DNA of 64,000 bases from an uncultured Planctomycetales bacterium (GTDB lineage Bacteria > Omnitrophota > Gorgyraeia > Zapsychrales > JAHFFX01): assembly GCA_964464475.1 (NCBI GenBank), contig CAYXGG010000001.1:87174-151173 (forward strand), read 5' to 3'. The first letter of the stretch is position 1. Every line of letters begins with the position of its first letter. The notes beneath the pieces are model-generated. The model had not been told where the DNA came from. It ran no database searches and saw only the letters and a list, made by a program, of their open reading frames with translations. The position numbers were made by a program, and so were the translations under genes. Shown here piece by piece: positions 27,546 through 37,955 of the stretch.

Positions 27546-28295
27546 TTGCAACCTTGGAATTTAAAACCGGAAGAGTGGTCAAAAATATTAGGCGACGAGA
27601 CAGCGCCGGCCCAAGCGGCTAAAGGTGTCCTGTCGGGTCAGCACCTTCCTTGGGTAAATAATTTAATTGAATTGGCTGCGGGTTCCGAATCCACTTTAGA
27701 TTTAGGCAGTGGCCGTGGAGAAAATTCAGCGATATTGGCCTGTCACGGCAAGAAGACCACGCTATTGGATTGGGCGCAGGATAATATTAGTTTTAGCCGA
27801 CAGCTTTATTCATTGATTGGCAAGACGGGTGAATTTGTTCAAGCAGACATGACCAAGCCCTTACCTTTTCCCGATAACTCGTTTGATCTGGTATTCAGCT
27901 GTGGCGTTTTTGAATATTTCAAAGATGATCAAATTTCGGCCATCTTAAAAGAAGCTTTTCGCGTCGCAAAGAAAAGGGTTGTCATCCTGATCCCTAACGC
28001 GTTGTCTATTCCTTATCGGGTTGGTATGGGTTATTTAAAATTAAGAAAACAATGGCATTGGGGTGGAGAAAAACCATTTGCTACCTTAAAACCTTTTTTT
28101 AGGAAGTGTGCGGCGAGGAATATTCAAGAATTTAGTGTAGGGACAAAACACTCATTAGCTTTTCTTTCTATGCGTGGGGGAGCGCTCGCGCAGAATTTCT
28201 TGATTAAGTCTTTAAAACTCACTGATCATTCTCGGCCTGCAAAGTTGCGCCAAGGATATTTGCTGATTACAGCAGGAGACAAAATTAATGAGTAA
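27546..28295 (+). CDS. Class I SAM-dependent methyltransferase
   Basis: LDLGSGRG, ADMTKPLPFPDNSFDLVFS; TTG start. Confidence 0.85.
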   Translation: MQPWNLKPEEWSKILGDETAPAQAAKGVLSGQHLPWVNNLIELAAGSESTLDLGSGRGENSAILACHGKKTTLLDWAQDNISFSRQLYSLIGKTGEFVQADMTKPLPFPDNSFDLVFSCGVFEYFKDDQISAILKEAFRVAKKRVVILIPNALSIPYRVGMGYLKLRKQWHWGGEKPFATLKPFFRKCAARNIQEFSVGTKHSLAFLSMRGGALAQNFLIKSLKLTDHSRPAKLRQGYLLITAGDKINE

Positions 28296-29418
28296 AAAAA
28301 TAACATTATTAGTGGTTTTTGGAACGAGGCCGGAAGTTATTAAACTTGCCCCATTGGTCAAAGAGATCAGGAGATATCCGAGCCAATTTAATTGCTTGGT
28401 TTGTTTCACGGGTCAACACCGACAGATGGTGGAGCCACTCTTGAAGCTTTTCGGCATTAAAGTTGATGTGCATTTAAAGCTGATGAAAAAGAATCAGACC
28501 TTAGAGCATATCACCAACGTTGTTTTGAAAGAAATTGGGAATTGTATTAAGGAAAAGGGAGTTGATTGTGTGGTTGTTCAGGGCGATACCACGACTGCAA
28601 TGGCGGCCGCCTTGGCTGGATTTTATCAAAAAATTAAAGTCGCACATGTGGAAGCAGGATTGCGCACAGGTAATAAGTATCATCCTTTTCCGGAGGAGAT
28701 TAATCGTAAAATTATTGATTCCTTTGCAGATATGTATTTTGCGCATACTAAATTAGCTAAGGAAAATTTACTTGCAGAAGGTATCTCCGCAACGAAGATC
28801 GAAGTCACAGGCAATACAGTTATTGATACGCTATTGGAGACATCCAGTAAAGCATATAATTTTTCCAAAACACCTTTAATGACTGCAGTCTCAGATCCTA
28901 GAAAATTAATTTTAATGACTGCTCATCGCCGTGAAAATTTTGGGAATCCGATCAAAGATATCTGTGCAGCCGTTAAGCATTTGGCTTGTCGACATGAAAA
29001 GAACTTGAAATTTATTTATCCGGTTCATTTAAATCCTAATATTAAGAAGCCTGTTTATGAAATTCTCGGGAATATCCCGAATGTTTATTTGGTTGATCCT
29101 CTGGAGTATTTACCGATGGTTCATCTGATTAAACAATCGTATTTAGTCTTAACGGATTCTGGAGGCCTTCAAGAGGAGGCTCCAAGCTTGGGGAAGCCTG
29201 TTTTAGTTTTGCGAGAAACGACAGAGCGTCCGGAAGGGGTGACCGCAGGTTGCGTGGAGGTTGTTGGGACAAGAAAAGCCCAAATTATTGCTAAAGTTGA
29301 ATCGTTATTATCTAATAAACATAAGTACCTTAAGATGTCCCGATCCGTAAATCCATATGGTGATGGTCAGGCAAGTATGCGAATTGTTAAAAGGTTTAAA
29401 AGAGAGCTTGTTAAGTGA
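28288..29418 (+). CDS. wecB: UDP-N-acetylglucosamine 2-epimerase (non-hydrolysing)
   Basis: FGTRPEVIKLAP, TGQH, VQGDTTT, HVEAGLRT, PEEINR, HRRENFG, TDSGGLQEE, TERPEG, NPYGDG. Confidence 0.95.
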   Translation: MSKKITLLVVFGTRPEVIKLAPLVKEIRRYPSQFNCLVCFTGQHRQMVEPLLKLFGIKVDVHLKLMKKNQTLEHITNVVLKEIGNCIKEKGVDCVVVQGDTTTAMAAALAGFYQKIKVAHVEAGLRTGNKYHPFPEEINRKIIDSFADMYFAHTKLAKENLLAEGISATKIEVTGNTVIDTLLETSSKAYNFSKTPLMTAVSDPRKLILMTAHRRENFGNPIKDICAAVKHLACRHEKNLKFIYPVHLNPNIKKPVYEILGNIPNVYLVDPLEYLPMVHLIKQSYLVLTDSGGLQEEAPSLGKPVLVLRETTERPEGVTAGCVEVVGTRKAQIIAKVESLLSNKHKYLKMSRSVNPYGDGQASMRIVKRFKRELVK

Positions 29419-29422
29419 TCAT

Positions 29423-32400
29423 ATGAATAGTTCCGCAGCTACTCCCCTACTAACGATTATTGTTCTGGTTAAGAATAATATTAGTATTTTGAATTCTATT
29501 CGCTCTCAATTAGCGTTTCTCCCCGATGGAAATTTTGAAATTTTAGTTTTGGGATTATATCGAGTCAATAATATTGTCCTTCCGGAAGAATTCAAAAATG
29601 ATTTTAGAATTCGTGTTCTTAATCCGAAGCAATTAGTCAAAAATTATGTTCATGCCCTGAATTACGCCCTAGCCGAAGTCAAGGGCGAGTATCTCACGTG
29701 GGTTAGGGATGATTATGATTTCGAGCCAGGAGCCATTAAGTTAATGCTCGAGTCCGTAATGGCTTCTGGAAAAAGTTTCGTTTATGCGAATTATCGACAG
29801 ATGGATCCTGGGCGCAATTATTCCATTCCCATGCGCTTAGGTAAGCGCCCCAGCGTTTATGAGTGGAATTTTATCGGGCATTGTTTTTTGTTAAAGACCC
29901 GACTTCTCCAAATGACCGGTGGTTTTAATTTAAAATTTGATTGTGCTGCCGAGTATCAATGGTGGCGAAAAATTTTTCATTCTTCCCAGGTGGGTTACTT
30001 GGATATTTTTTTGCTTACCTGTTTAAGGTTGAGGCACTGGGTCAGCTTGGAAGAGCGTTTTAAAATGCCCGTTTTAGGTACTCTGGTGGCGCTTAGTTTT
30101 CGGCCGTTGCGTTGGGCGAGGATGTTACGGGTATTTGAGTTCCTATCCGAAGAAATTGCCGCGGCCAACCTGGATGAAGGACGCGTAGTATTATTTATGA
30201 AGGAGTTGTTTCTTATTATTCGGCGATTCTCGTTATTGACGTGGGGGATTTGCAAATTTTTTTGGAAAATAATTCTATTTAAGAACTCGCGGACTAGAAA
30301 GAAGGAGGCTCTAGACATAGCGCTAAGAACTAATTTCATTATAGGTGAAGAGCAACGGAAGAAGATTTTGTGTATTGTCCCAGAAATTGTACTGGGCGGG
30401 TCTGAAAAAGTCTTGCGTGATATTGTGGAGGGATTGCAGGGTGATCAAGTCGATTTTTATCTTTTCTCCTCAGAAAAAGATGATAACGAGTGGTGTCGAA
30501 GTTTTAGGAAGCTATTTAAAGGAGAGGTATTGCTGCGAAAAGACGAGATGTTCTCGGAAAGACTATATCATCAGTTTCTTAAAGCTACGATACAGAAGAT
30601 TGACCCGGGTATTGTCTTATTTACAAATTCGGAGATCACGTATCGTTTGTTGCCGCAATTAAAGAAATTATTTAGCGAAATTCGATTTATGGATATCGTT
30701 CATATCGAAGATTTTGTCGCTTCAACGAAAGAGTACATTCCATTAGCTCCTTTTATCAAACGCAGAATATGTATTAGTCATAAATTACGAGAGCGCTTAA
30801 TTGAAAAATATCGCGAAGCCGATTTGCCCAGAGAATTGGAGCAGCGGTTGATCACGATTCACAACGGCAATGACATGGTTCTATTTTCGCGGGATAAAAA
30901 CTCTCGGACTGATGTTTTTCGAAGGCAACATAATATTCCTTTGGATGCCCAGGTGATTAGTTTTGTTGGTCGTCTATCTGAAGAGAAAAGGCCGGAATTG
31001 TTTGTTGATATTATGGCCAACCTTTGCCAGGTTATGGGAAATTTTCCGCTTGCGTTTATTATGGCCGGGGATGGCGATGAGGAGCAAAATGTAAGAGAGA
31101 AAATCAAAACAAAGGGATTAAACGATAAATTTTTCATGGTTGGTACTTTGAAGAAGCTTGAGGTTAAAAGTTTGCTGGCCGAATCAACGATGTTAATTTT
31201 GACATCTCGCGTGGAGGGAATCCCTTTAGTGATGGTGGAAGCTATGGCCATGCAGCTACCGGTTATTGTCCCTCGAGTAGGTGCTGTTGAGGAAGTGATC
31301 CAACATAAAGAGAACGGGTTTGTCGTGTCCTCCGATCCAGACGCGATGAATCAAGAGGTTGTTGAGATCGCGAAGAAATTATTAACGCAAGCCCACTGGC
31401 GAGAGGACATAGGTCATAAAGCTAGGATTTCGGTGCAACACGAGTTTTCATTAGAAAAGATGGTGGATCGATATCGTGATGAACTTTTAGGAGAGGCCTC
31501 AACTCGCCTGGGCCCCTTAGCTCAATTGAAAGAAGCGACAAATGTTATTGATTCACCAGAAATCAGCATAGTTTTGCCTACTTACAATGGATTGTCAAAA
31601 GGTTTGAAAAGGTCTATCGATAGTTGCTTGGCCCAAACGTTTACAAACTTTGAGTTGATTATCGTGGATGATTGTTCTGATGAAGAAATTTATGAGTTAG
31701 TTAGATCCTATGGTGACAACCGAGTGCGCTATCTAAGGAACTTTAGAAACTTGCGTCTACCACGTTCATTAAATGTAGGTTTCTCTTACGCGCGAGGAAA
31801 ATACCTAACTTGGACTTCAGACGATAACTTTTATGATCCGCAAGCTTTGAAAAAAATGTTGGATTATTTGCGGGAGACATCCGGAGAATTTGTGTACGCG
31901 GACTATTTTGAATTCCGCAATGAAAAACTCGATCAGGCCACGAGGATCTATCTAGCCGATCCAAGCAAACTTAAAGAAATAAATTGCGTTATGGGGTGCT
32001 TTCTTTACTCGCGGAAAGTGATGGATTTAGTGGGGGTGTATGACCCCGAAATGGAGATTATCGAAGATTATGACTATTGGACCCGCGTTGCGGAAAAGTT
32101 TACGCTACTTCATTTAAAAGAACCTTTGTATTATTATCAGTACCATGAAAAATCTTTAACAACTCAGAAAGAATTGGAGGCAAGAATCTCATTCTTTTTG
32201 TTTCGTACTAAGAATGGAGAATATAAGCCTAAAGACTGGATATGGATTTTCCGATATCTTGCTTTGGAGAAGAAAACCGGTATCACTAAGCGCGTATTGC
32301 TTCCTTTTGTTTATGTTGATTCAATTTATTCTCGAGGGCCCAAATTGGTTAGCGAAGTGAATGATTATATTGCGTCCAAAGGCGCATTTAAGAAAGTTGT

Positions 32401-32428
32401 TGCTCGTTTAAAAAATATTATGCAATGA
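29423..32428 (+). CDS. Three-domain glycosyltransferase (degenerate GT2, GT4, GT2)
   Basis: N-terminal GT2-like (KGEYLTWVRDD); central GT4 (GGSEK, VGRLSEEKRP, SRVEGIPLVMVEA); C-terminal GT2 (SIVLPTYN, VDDCS, GKYLTWTSDD, EDYDYW). Start at ATG 29423. Confidence 0.85.
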   Translation: MNSSAATPLLTIIVLVKNNISILNSIRSQLAFLPDGNFEILVLGLYRVNNIVLPEEFKNDFRIRVLNPKQLVKNYVHALNYALAEVKGEYLTWVRDDYDFEPGAIKLMLESVMASGKSFVYANYRQMDPGRNYSIPMRLGKRPSVYEWNFIGHCFLLKTRLLQMTGGFNLKFDCAAEYQWWRKIFHSSQVGYLDIFLLTCLRLRHWVSLEERFKMPVLGTLVALSFRPLRWARMLRVFEFLSEEIAAANLDEGRVVLFMKELFLIIRRFSLLTWGICKFFWKIILFKNSRTRKKEALDIALRTNFIIGEEQRKKILCIVPEIVLGGSEKVLRDIVEGLQGDQVDFYLFSSEKDDNEWCRSFRKLFKGEVLLRKDEMFSERLYHQFLKATIQKIDPGIVLFTNSEITYRLLPQLKKLFSEIRFMDIVHIEDFVASTKEYIPLAPFIKRRICISHKLRERLIEKYREADLPRELEQRLITIHNGNDMVLFSRDKNSRTDVFRRQHNIPLDAQVISFVGRLSEEKRPELFVDIMANLCQVMGNFPLAFIMAGDGDEEQNVREKIKTKGLNDKFFMVGTLKKLEVKSLLAESTMLILTSRVEGIPLVMVEAMAMQLPVIVPRVGAVEEVIQHKENGFVVSSDPDAMNQEVVEIAKKLLTQAHWREDIGHKARISVQHEFSLEKMVDRYRDELLGEASTRLGPLAQLKEATNVIDSPEISIVLPTYNGLSKGLKRSIDSCLAQTFTNFELIIVDDCSDEEIYELVRSYGDNRVRYLRNFRNLRLPRSLNVGFSYARGKYLTWTSDDNFYDPQALKKMLDYLRETSGEFVYADYFEFRNEKLDQATRIYLADPSKLKEINCVMGCFLYSRKVMDLVGVYDPEMEIIEDYDYWTRVAEKFTLLHLKEPLYYYQYHEKSLTTQKELEARISFFLFRTKNGEYKPKDWIWIFRYLALEKKTGITKRVLLPFVYVDSIYSRGPKLVSEVNDYIASKGAFKKVVARLKNIMQ

Positions 32429-32438
32429 GGTGTGGTCA

Positions 32439-33650
32439 ATGATAAGTGAAAGCAAAGGAAAGCATTTTGTTTTGTTGAGGAATTTCCCCCCAACGGCCGA
32501 CTGGGGAGGGACAGAGGTCGTTTTGTTAGATTGGTTGGCTCGAGTAGACTATACCAGGTGCCGCGTGACGGTATTGGTGCCGGAAGGCTCGGCTAAAATA
32601 TTTGTCAGTAAGTTGGGGGATAAAAATTTACCAGTCAATTTTGTCGAAAGTGATTTTGGCCGTTATGTCAGAGGACGCAAACAGTTCCAAAAGATGGCTG
32701 AGATACTTAAGGGCCTGAAGCCTAATGGGATTATTTTTGTCATGGGTTGGTATGAGGACTTTAACCTGATGCATGTTTTGGCGGCTACTTTTGTTTGCCC
32801 GGGACGTGTTTATATGCATGAAAATGTGGGACCGCTGCCTCGATACCCCGTGACCCCCAAGAAGTATTTTGGCTTGATCCCTTCTTTGAATTTATGGTGG
32901 CGGAAAATGCAATTTGCTGAGTACTCAAAAGCCTATCTCACGAGAAAAGTAATTACCGTTAGTGAAGACGTTAAGAAGATTTTTGTACGTACGTGGGCGT
33001 ACCCGAGCTTTAAGGTTCGGGTTTCCTACCATGGGATAGATACGCAAAAATACAAGCCGTCTATTGAAGTCAGGAATCGTTTGAGAGCTAATATGGGCGT
33101 GGCTCAAGAGGATATTATTATCGTGGCTACAGCGAGGTTATTCCATTTTAAGTGTTTAGATCGTCTCATTAATGCGTTTGATGAAGTTGCCAGTGATTTT
33201 CCAAAGGCGAAGTTGATGCTGGCGGGGATAGGGCCGTTAGAGCAAGAGCTGAAAGCATTAGCCCAGCAAAAGAAAAGTGCAGCCCGAATTAGCTTTCTGG
33301 GTTTTGTTCATAATGTTAAAGAATTATTACAAATGAGCGATATTTATGTCCTTTGTTCTGACAATGAAGGCTTGAGTCTTGCGTTAATGGAAGCAATGTC
33401 CAGCGGGTTGATTTGTGTTTCTACTAAATGTCCTGGATCCCCCGAGGCGATTTCAGATGGCAGGAGTGGGTTTTTAGTGGATAAGAGCACTCAGGGTGTT
33501 TGGGACGGATTAAAGAAAGTTCTGAGTCTATCTGACGAAAATCGACAGGAGATGTCCCGTTTGGCTAGAGAGACCGCCGCAGAAAAATTTGATGTTGAGA
33601 AAAATAGCCGGAGAGTGTTGGCCATATTTGGGGTCCCGTATCAAAGCTAA
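32439..33650 (+). CDS. Glycosyltransferase family 4
   Basis: WGGTE, ARLFHFK, SDNEGLSLALMEA; SD GAGGTG before ATG 32439. Confidence 0.88.
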   Translation: MISESKGKHFVLLRNFPPTADWGGTEVVLLDWLARVDYTRCRVTVLVPEGSAKIFVSKLGDKNLPVNFVESDFGRYVRGRKQFQKMAEILKGLKPNGIIFVMGWYEDFNLMHVLAATFVCPGRVYMHENVGPLPRYPVTPKKYFGLIPSLNLWWRKMQFAEYSKAYLTRKVITVSEDVKKIFVRTWAYPSFKVRVSYHGIDTQKYKPSIEVRNRLRANMGVAQEDIIIVATARLFHFKCLDRLINAFDEVASDFPKAKLMLAGIGPLEQELKALAQQKKSAARISFLGFVHNVKELLQMSDIYVLCSDNEGLSLALMEAMSSGLICVSTKCPGSPEAISDGRSGFLVDKSTQGVWDGLKKVLSLSDENRQEMSRLARETAAEKFDVEKNSRRVLAIFGVPYQS

Positions 33651-33652
33651 TT

Positions 33653-34858
33653 ATGTCTCAGGCAGATCAGAAATTTCATTTTGTGCTTTTGCGCAGACCG
33701 CCGGAATTTCCGACCTGGGGTGGTTTAGAAAAATTAATGCTGGAATGGTTAGAGCGTGTTGACTATAACCATTGCCGAGTGACTTTGGTCATTTCTCCAG
33801 GATGGAAAGAATTTGTTACCGCAAAATTTGTTGAAAAGAAATTGCCGGTTAACGTTGAAGAATTTCCGTTTGTTTATAAAGGTAATCCTTGGAAGAAGTT
33901 TTTTTCTCTTTGGGCGTACTTGGGAAGATTAAGCCCCTCGGTTCTGGTTTATATGCAGGGGTCTTTTGTCTGTTTTAGCTTTGCTTATGTGTTGGCTGGT
34001 TACTTAAGAACCGGTGGAAAAATTTTTATGCATGAGAATTTGGTTCCCGCTCCGCCTTTGCCAAAACCAAGTAATCGGTATTTCGGTTTATGCTCGAGGT
34101 TGAACCTCTGGTGGTATAAGGAGAAATTTTTTTATCCATTAAGGGCGGTCATTTCTCAAAAAGTATTCACGGTAAGTCAAGAAATGCGCGATACCTTGTT
34201 ATCTCAATGGAATTACCCGGCAAACAAAGTGTTTGTGAGCTATCACGGGATTGATCGCGCTAAGTTTGCTCCGGATCCGATTGTTAGGGATAAGATGCGT
34301 CAAAAGCATCACTTGGACCAAAACACGCCCGTCATTATTTCTACTGCAAGGTTCTTTAAGGTTAAAGCATTGCCACGATTGTTGGAGGCTTTTGAATTAT
34401 TGAGTCGAGATAATTCGATGATTAGGCTTTTTCTTTTGGGTACAGGTCCGTTAGAAGACGACTTGAAAAAACAGGCCAATTCTTTGGCTTGTAAGGATCA
34501 GATTCTATTTTTGGGGCACCAGGACAACGTGGGTGATTATTTGAAAATGAGCGATATCTTTGTCTTGTCGAGTGATTTTGAGGGACTTAGCTTGGCTTTT
34601 CTGGAGGCAATGGCGTCCGGCTTGATTTGTGTGTCAACGGATTGTAATGGGGCCAAAGAGGTTATTCAAGATAAGATCAATGCTTTTATCGTTGAAAAAA
34701 GTGTTGAAGGCGTTCGACAAGGACTTAGTCAAGCGGTGAGTTTAACTCAACAACAAAGAGCAGCGATGTCACGTAATGCTATCGATTTTGTGGGGCGGAA
34801 TTTTGATGTCACGCAAAACGTGCCGAGGGTTTTGCAAGAGATGCGGGTGCCTTGTTAG
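33653..34858 (+). CDS. Glycosyltransferase family 4 (paralog of the preceding gene)
   Basis: WGGLE, SDFEGLSLAFLEAMASGLICVST. Confidence 0.88.
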   Translation: MSQADQKFHFVLLRRPPEFPTWGGLEKLMLEWLERVDYNHCRVTLVISPGWKEFVTAKFVEKKLPVNVEEFPFVYKGNPWKKFFSLWAYLGRLSPSVLVYMQGSFVCFSFAYVLAGYLRTGGKIFMHENLVPAPPLPKPSNRYFGLCSRLNLWWYKEKFFYPLRAVISQKVFTVSQEMRDTLLSQWNYPANKVFVSYHGIDRAKFAPDPIVRDKMRQKHHLDQNTPVIISTARFFKVKALPRLLEAFELLSRDNSMIRLFLLGTGPLEDDLKKQANSLACKDQILFLGHQDNVGDYLKMSDIFVLSSDFEGLSLAFLEAMASGLICVSTDCNGAKEVIQDKINAFIVEKSVEGVRQGLSQAVSLTQQQRAAMSRNAIDFVGRNFDVTQNVPRVLQEMRVPC

Positions 34859-34906
34859 GTATCCGCTGTTGTTTTAAAACTTAGAATGAAGTATACGTAA
34901 ATCAAT

Positions 34907-36100
34907 ATGAATATTTTCTTGGTTTGTCCGAACTTTCATCGACATCTGGGAGGGACGGAAACATTTGTCTATGAATATGCTAGAACTCTTGCGCTGAAAG
35001 GGCATAAGGTTTTCGTTGTTTGTGTTGATGAAGGAGATTTTCATAGACAATTTATTCCGGGTGTCGAGATGTGCAATATTTCATTGAAGTTAATGAAGGG
35101 GTTAGGTTGGTTCGAGAAATTTTTTCCAGTATCAGAGTTGATGCTATCGTTTTCTGCGTTTCAAGAAGTAAGAAAGAAAGAGAAGTTTGTTAAAGTTGAT
35201 GTTGTTGAGGTCATGGACTATTTTAGGTCCGGTATTTTCTTTGCATTAAACAAAAGATTCCCTTTAGTGTTGCGGATGCATGGATGGATGTTTAATTGGC
35301 AGGGGAAGAAGCTGACTGCGTTAGGCAACCTCAGTTTGTTTCAGTGGTGGCAGAAGATAATGGCTCAAAAGGTAATTTCATCCGCGGATGAAGTGATTTC
35401 TGTTTCACGCGATTTTGCGGAGTATGCTTCTTTGGCTTGGAGTTTTCAGGGGAAAGAAGTAACGGTTGTTCATAATGCCGTTAATCAATTAATTTATTCA
35501 CCTCTTCAAGGCATAAAGAAAGAAAAGTCCGTCCTCTTTGTGGGAAAGATTTCTAAAATTAAAGGCGTGGCTGTTTTAGCTAAAGCGATTCCAGAAATTC
35601 TGAAGGACTTCCCGGACGTTAAGTTTTATTTCGCAGGGCGAGATGTTTATTGGCCGGATGAACAGATGACAGGTCAGGAATTCTTAAAAAAAGTTGTTCC
35701 CAATCGAAATCTTGTTTTTCTTGGTGAATTGACTCAAGATAAATTGGTGCCGTACTATCAGAAAATGGAGGTCTGTGTTTTTCCTTCCATGTACGAGCCA
35801 TTTGGGTTGGTCGCTATTGAGGCTATGGCCTGTCAGTGTGCTATCGTGGCTTCTAATACGGGAGGCATAAAAGAGATCGTAGAATCTGATAAGGATGGGC
35901 TTCTGGTACCTCCTGATGAACCTGTTCTTTTGGCGAGGGCCTTGATTAAAATGTTGCAAGACGAGAATTTTCGAGCTAAGTGTGTCACCAGCGCTTTATC
36001 AAAAGTTTCTAGATGTTTTACGCTTGACCGATTGGTGGAGCAGTCACTAGTCGTCTATGAGCAGGCTATGAGGAAGAACGGTGGAGACAAAAGAGAATAA
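34907..36100 (+). CDS. Glycosyltransferase family 4
   Basis: GGTETF, FVGKISKIKG, PSMYEPFGLVAIEAMA. Confidence 0.9.
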   Translation: MNIFLVCPNFHRHLGGTETFVYEYARTLALKGHKVFVVCVDEGDFHRQFIPGVEMCNISLKLMKGLGWFEKFFPVSELMLSFSAFQEVRKKEKFVKVDVVEVMDYFRSGIFFALNKRFPLVLRMHGWMFNWQGKKLTALGNLSLFQWWQKIMAQKVISSADEVISVSRDFAEYASLAWSFQGKEVTVVHNAVNQLIYSPLQGIKKEKSVLFVGKISKIKGVAVLAKAIPEILKDFPDVKFYFAGRDVYWPDEQMTGQEFLKKVVPNRNLVFLGELTQDKLVPYYQKMEVCVFPSMYEPFGLVAIEAMACQCAIVASNTGGIKEIVESDKDGLLVPPDEPVLLARALIKMLQDENFRAKCVTSALSKVSRCFTLDRLVEQSLVVYEQAMRKNGGDKRE

Positions 36101-36101
36101 T

Positions 36102-37052
36102 ATGCCTAAAGTCAGCGTAATAGTCTCAGTTTATAATAAAGAGAACTACATCCAAGAAACGATTGATAGCGCACTGAACCAAACCTTTAAGGATTTTGAG
36201 GTTATCGCGGTTGACGACGGATCAACGGATAAATCTCGAGAAATTTTGGAGTCCTATGGGGACAAAATTATTCGTGTTTATCAAAGAAATGGATGTCCGC
36301 CAGCCACAATGAACGCAGGGGCCAAGGTCGCGAGGGGGAAATATCTTGCGATATTGGATGGGGATGATGTTTGGTTGCCACGGTTTTTAGAAAAGCAGGT
36401 AGCCGTTTTGGAGGCTCGCAATGATCTGGCTTTTGTTTGTTCAGCGGTAGACTTTATAGATCACAAGGGCGACTATTTAAGGTCTTCTGTCGCAGGGGCC
36501 AAACGAGAAAAAAGTTTTCTGAGTCTTTTGTCAGATAATTTTGTTTGGCATTCTTCGGTTTTGTTGCGTAAATCTTTTTTTGATGCGGCCGGAGGATATG
36601 ATACGCGTCTTTTTTCTCCTTATGATTTTGATCTTTGGCTGCGTTTAACAAAACAACATCCTTTTGAATATAATCCCGAGATATTAGTAAAATACCGCCA
36701 ACATGCGGGAGGAATAAGTAAGAAATTACAGGAAAATCTTGATGAGCATATCATCATCTATAACAAGCCGGAGATTGTTTCAGGGCTGAACTTGTTTCAA
36801 AAATCTAAGTTTAAATCTTTGGTCTACTATCGTTATGCAATGCTTTTTGCCAGAGCAAAGCAATATTTATCTGCGGCAAATTGTTATGGGAGCGCCATTG
36901 CTACTTGTCCACTTGTTGGGGTTTATTTTTACACGCACGAAACGCAAAGGATGCGTCATAGCTTACCTTATCGATTGCTTAAACCGTATTTTATGCCCTG
37001 TTATTATCTTTTAAAGTTATTAAATCAACGAATAAAGAAAATCAAGGAGTGA
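36102..37052 (+). CDS. Glycosyltransferase family 2
   Basis: PKVSVIVSVYN, VDDGSTD, LDGDD, DFDLWLR; start at ATG 36102. Confidence 0.9.
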   Translation: MPKVSVIVSVYNKENYIQETIDSALNQTFKDFEVIAVDDGSTDKSREILESYGDKIIRVYQRNGCPPATMNAGAKVARGKYLAILDGDDVWLPRFLEKQVAVLEARNDLAFVCSAVDFIDHKGDYLRSSVAGAKREKSFLSLLSDNFVWHSSVLLRKSFFDAAGGYDTRLFSPYDFDLWLRLTKQHPFEYNPEILVKYRQHAGGISKKLQENLDEHIIIYNKPEIVSGLNLFQKSKFKSLVYYRYAMLFARAKQYLSAANCYGSAIATCPLVGVYFYTHETQRMRHSLPYRLLKPYFMPCYYLLKLLNQRIKKIKE

Positions 37053-37055
37053 AAA

Positions 37056-37955
37056 TTGCCAAAGGTTAGTATTTTGATACCTTGTTATAATGTCGCAAAA
37101 TATTTGCCTGAATCCATGGATAGCGTTTTGCGTCAAACATTCCAAGATTACGAAGTAATTATTATTGATGATGGCTCAAGGGACAATATCGGTGAAATTG
37201 TGAAGCAATATATCGCCGATTATCCGCAAGTATGCATACGGTATTTGCATCAAGAGAATTCAGGGCTTTCGATGGCAAGAAATTTAGGCGTCAAACACGC
37301 TATGGGTGATTATTTGGCACTTTTAGATGCTGATGATAAGTGGACACCGGAACACCTAAGAAAGTCTGTGTCTGTTTTGGATGAATTTCCTGAAGTAGGT
37401 TTGGTCCACGCTAATATATCTCGATTCACTAGCTCTGGCCAAGATCTGGGTGTTCCGCAACGACGAGAAGAATTCCTGTCAGGAGAAATCTTTGAACATA
37501 TCTTCTTGAGGCGCGCGGATATTTCTTGCCCAACGGTAGTTTTTCGAAAAAGTTGTATTGAGTCGGTCGGGCCATTCGATGCAAACTTGGCAAGGTTAGG
37601 ATGCGAGGATAGAGAGCTTTGGTTAAGAATTGCTCAGAAATTCAAGTTTAAATATATTCCTGAGGTCTTGGCGTACTATCGTGTCAGTCCGGACAGTATG
37701 AGTCGAAATGTTGAGAAAATGTTTGCTGCCAGAATTTATGTAGTTAATAAATTTTTTCCGGAGAATTTTCATCACCCACTGCGTGATCAAGCTTTGGCTA
37801 AGATTCATAGAGATTTAGGGGATGAATTGCTCGTCGCTCAGCAGTATCCTGTGGCGAGGCAAGAGTACCGTAAGTCGTTAGCATATCGTCCTTTTCAGTT
37901 CTGGACTTGGCTTAACTTGCTGAAGACTTTATTGATAATAAAAAAACATGCCTAA
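37056..37955 (+). CDS. Glycosyltransferase family 2
   Basis: PKVSILIPCYN, IDDGSRD, LDADD, EDRELWLR; TTG start behind AAGGAG. Confidence 0.9.
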   Translation: MPKVSILIPCYNVAKYLPESMDSVLRQTFQDYEVIIIDDGSRDNIGEIVKQYIADYPQVCIRYLHQENSGLSMARNLGVKHAMGDYLALLDADDKWTPEHLRKSVSVLDEFPEVGLVHANISRFTSSGQDLGVPQRREEFLSGEIFEHIFLRRADISCPTVVFRKSCIESVGPFDANLARLGCEDRELWLRIAQKFKFKYIPEVLAYYRVSPDSMSRNVEKMFAARIYVVNKFFPENFHHPLRDQALAKIHRDLGDELLVAQQYPVARQEYRKSLAYRPFQFWTWLNLLKTLLIIKKHA

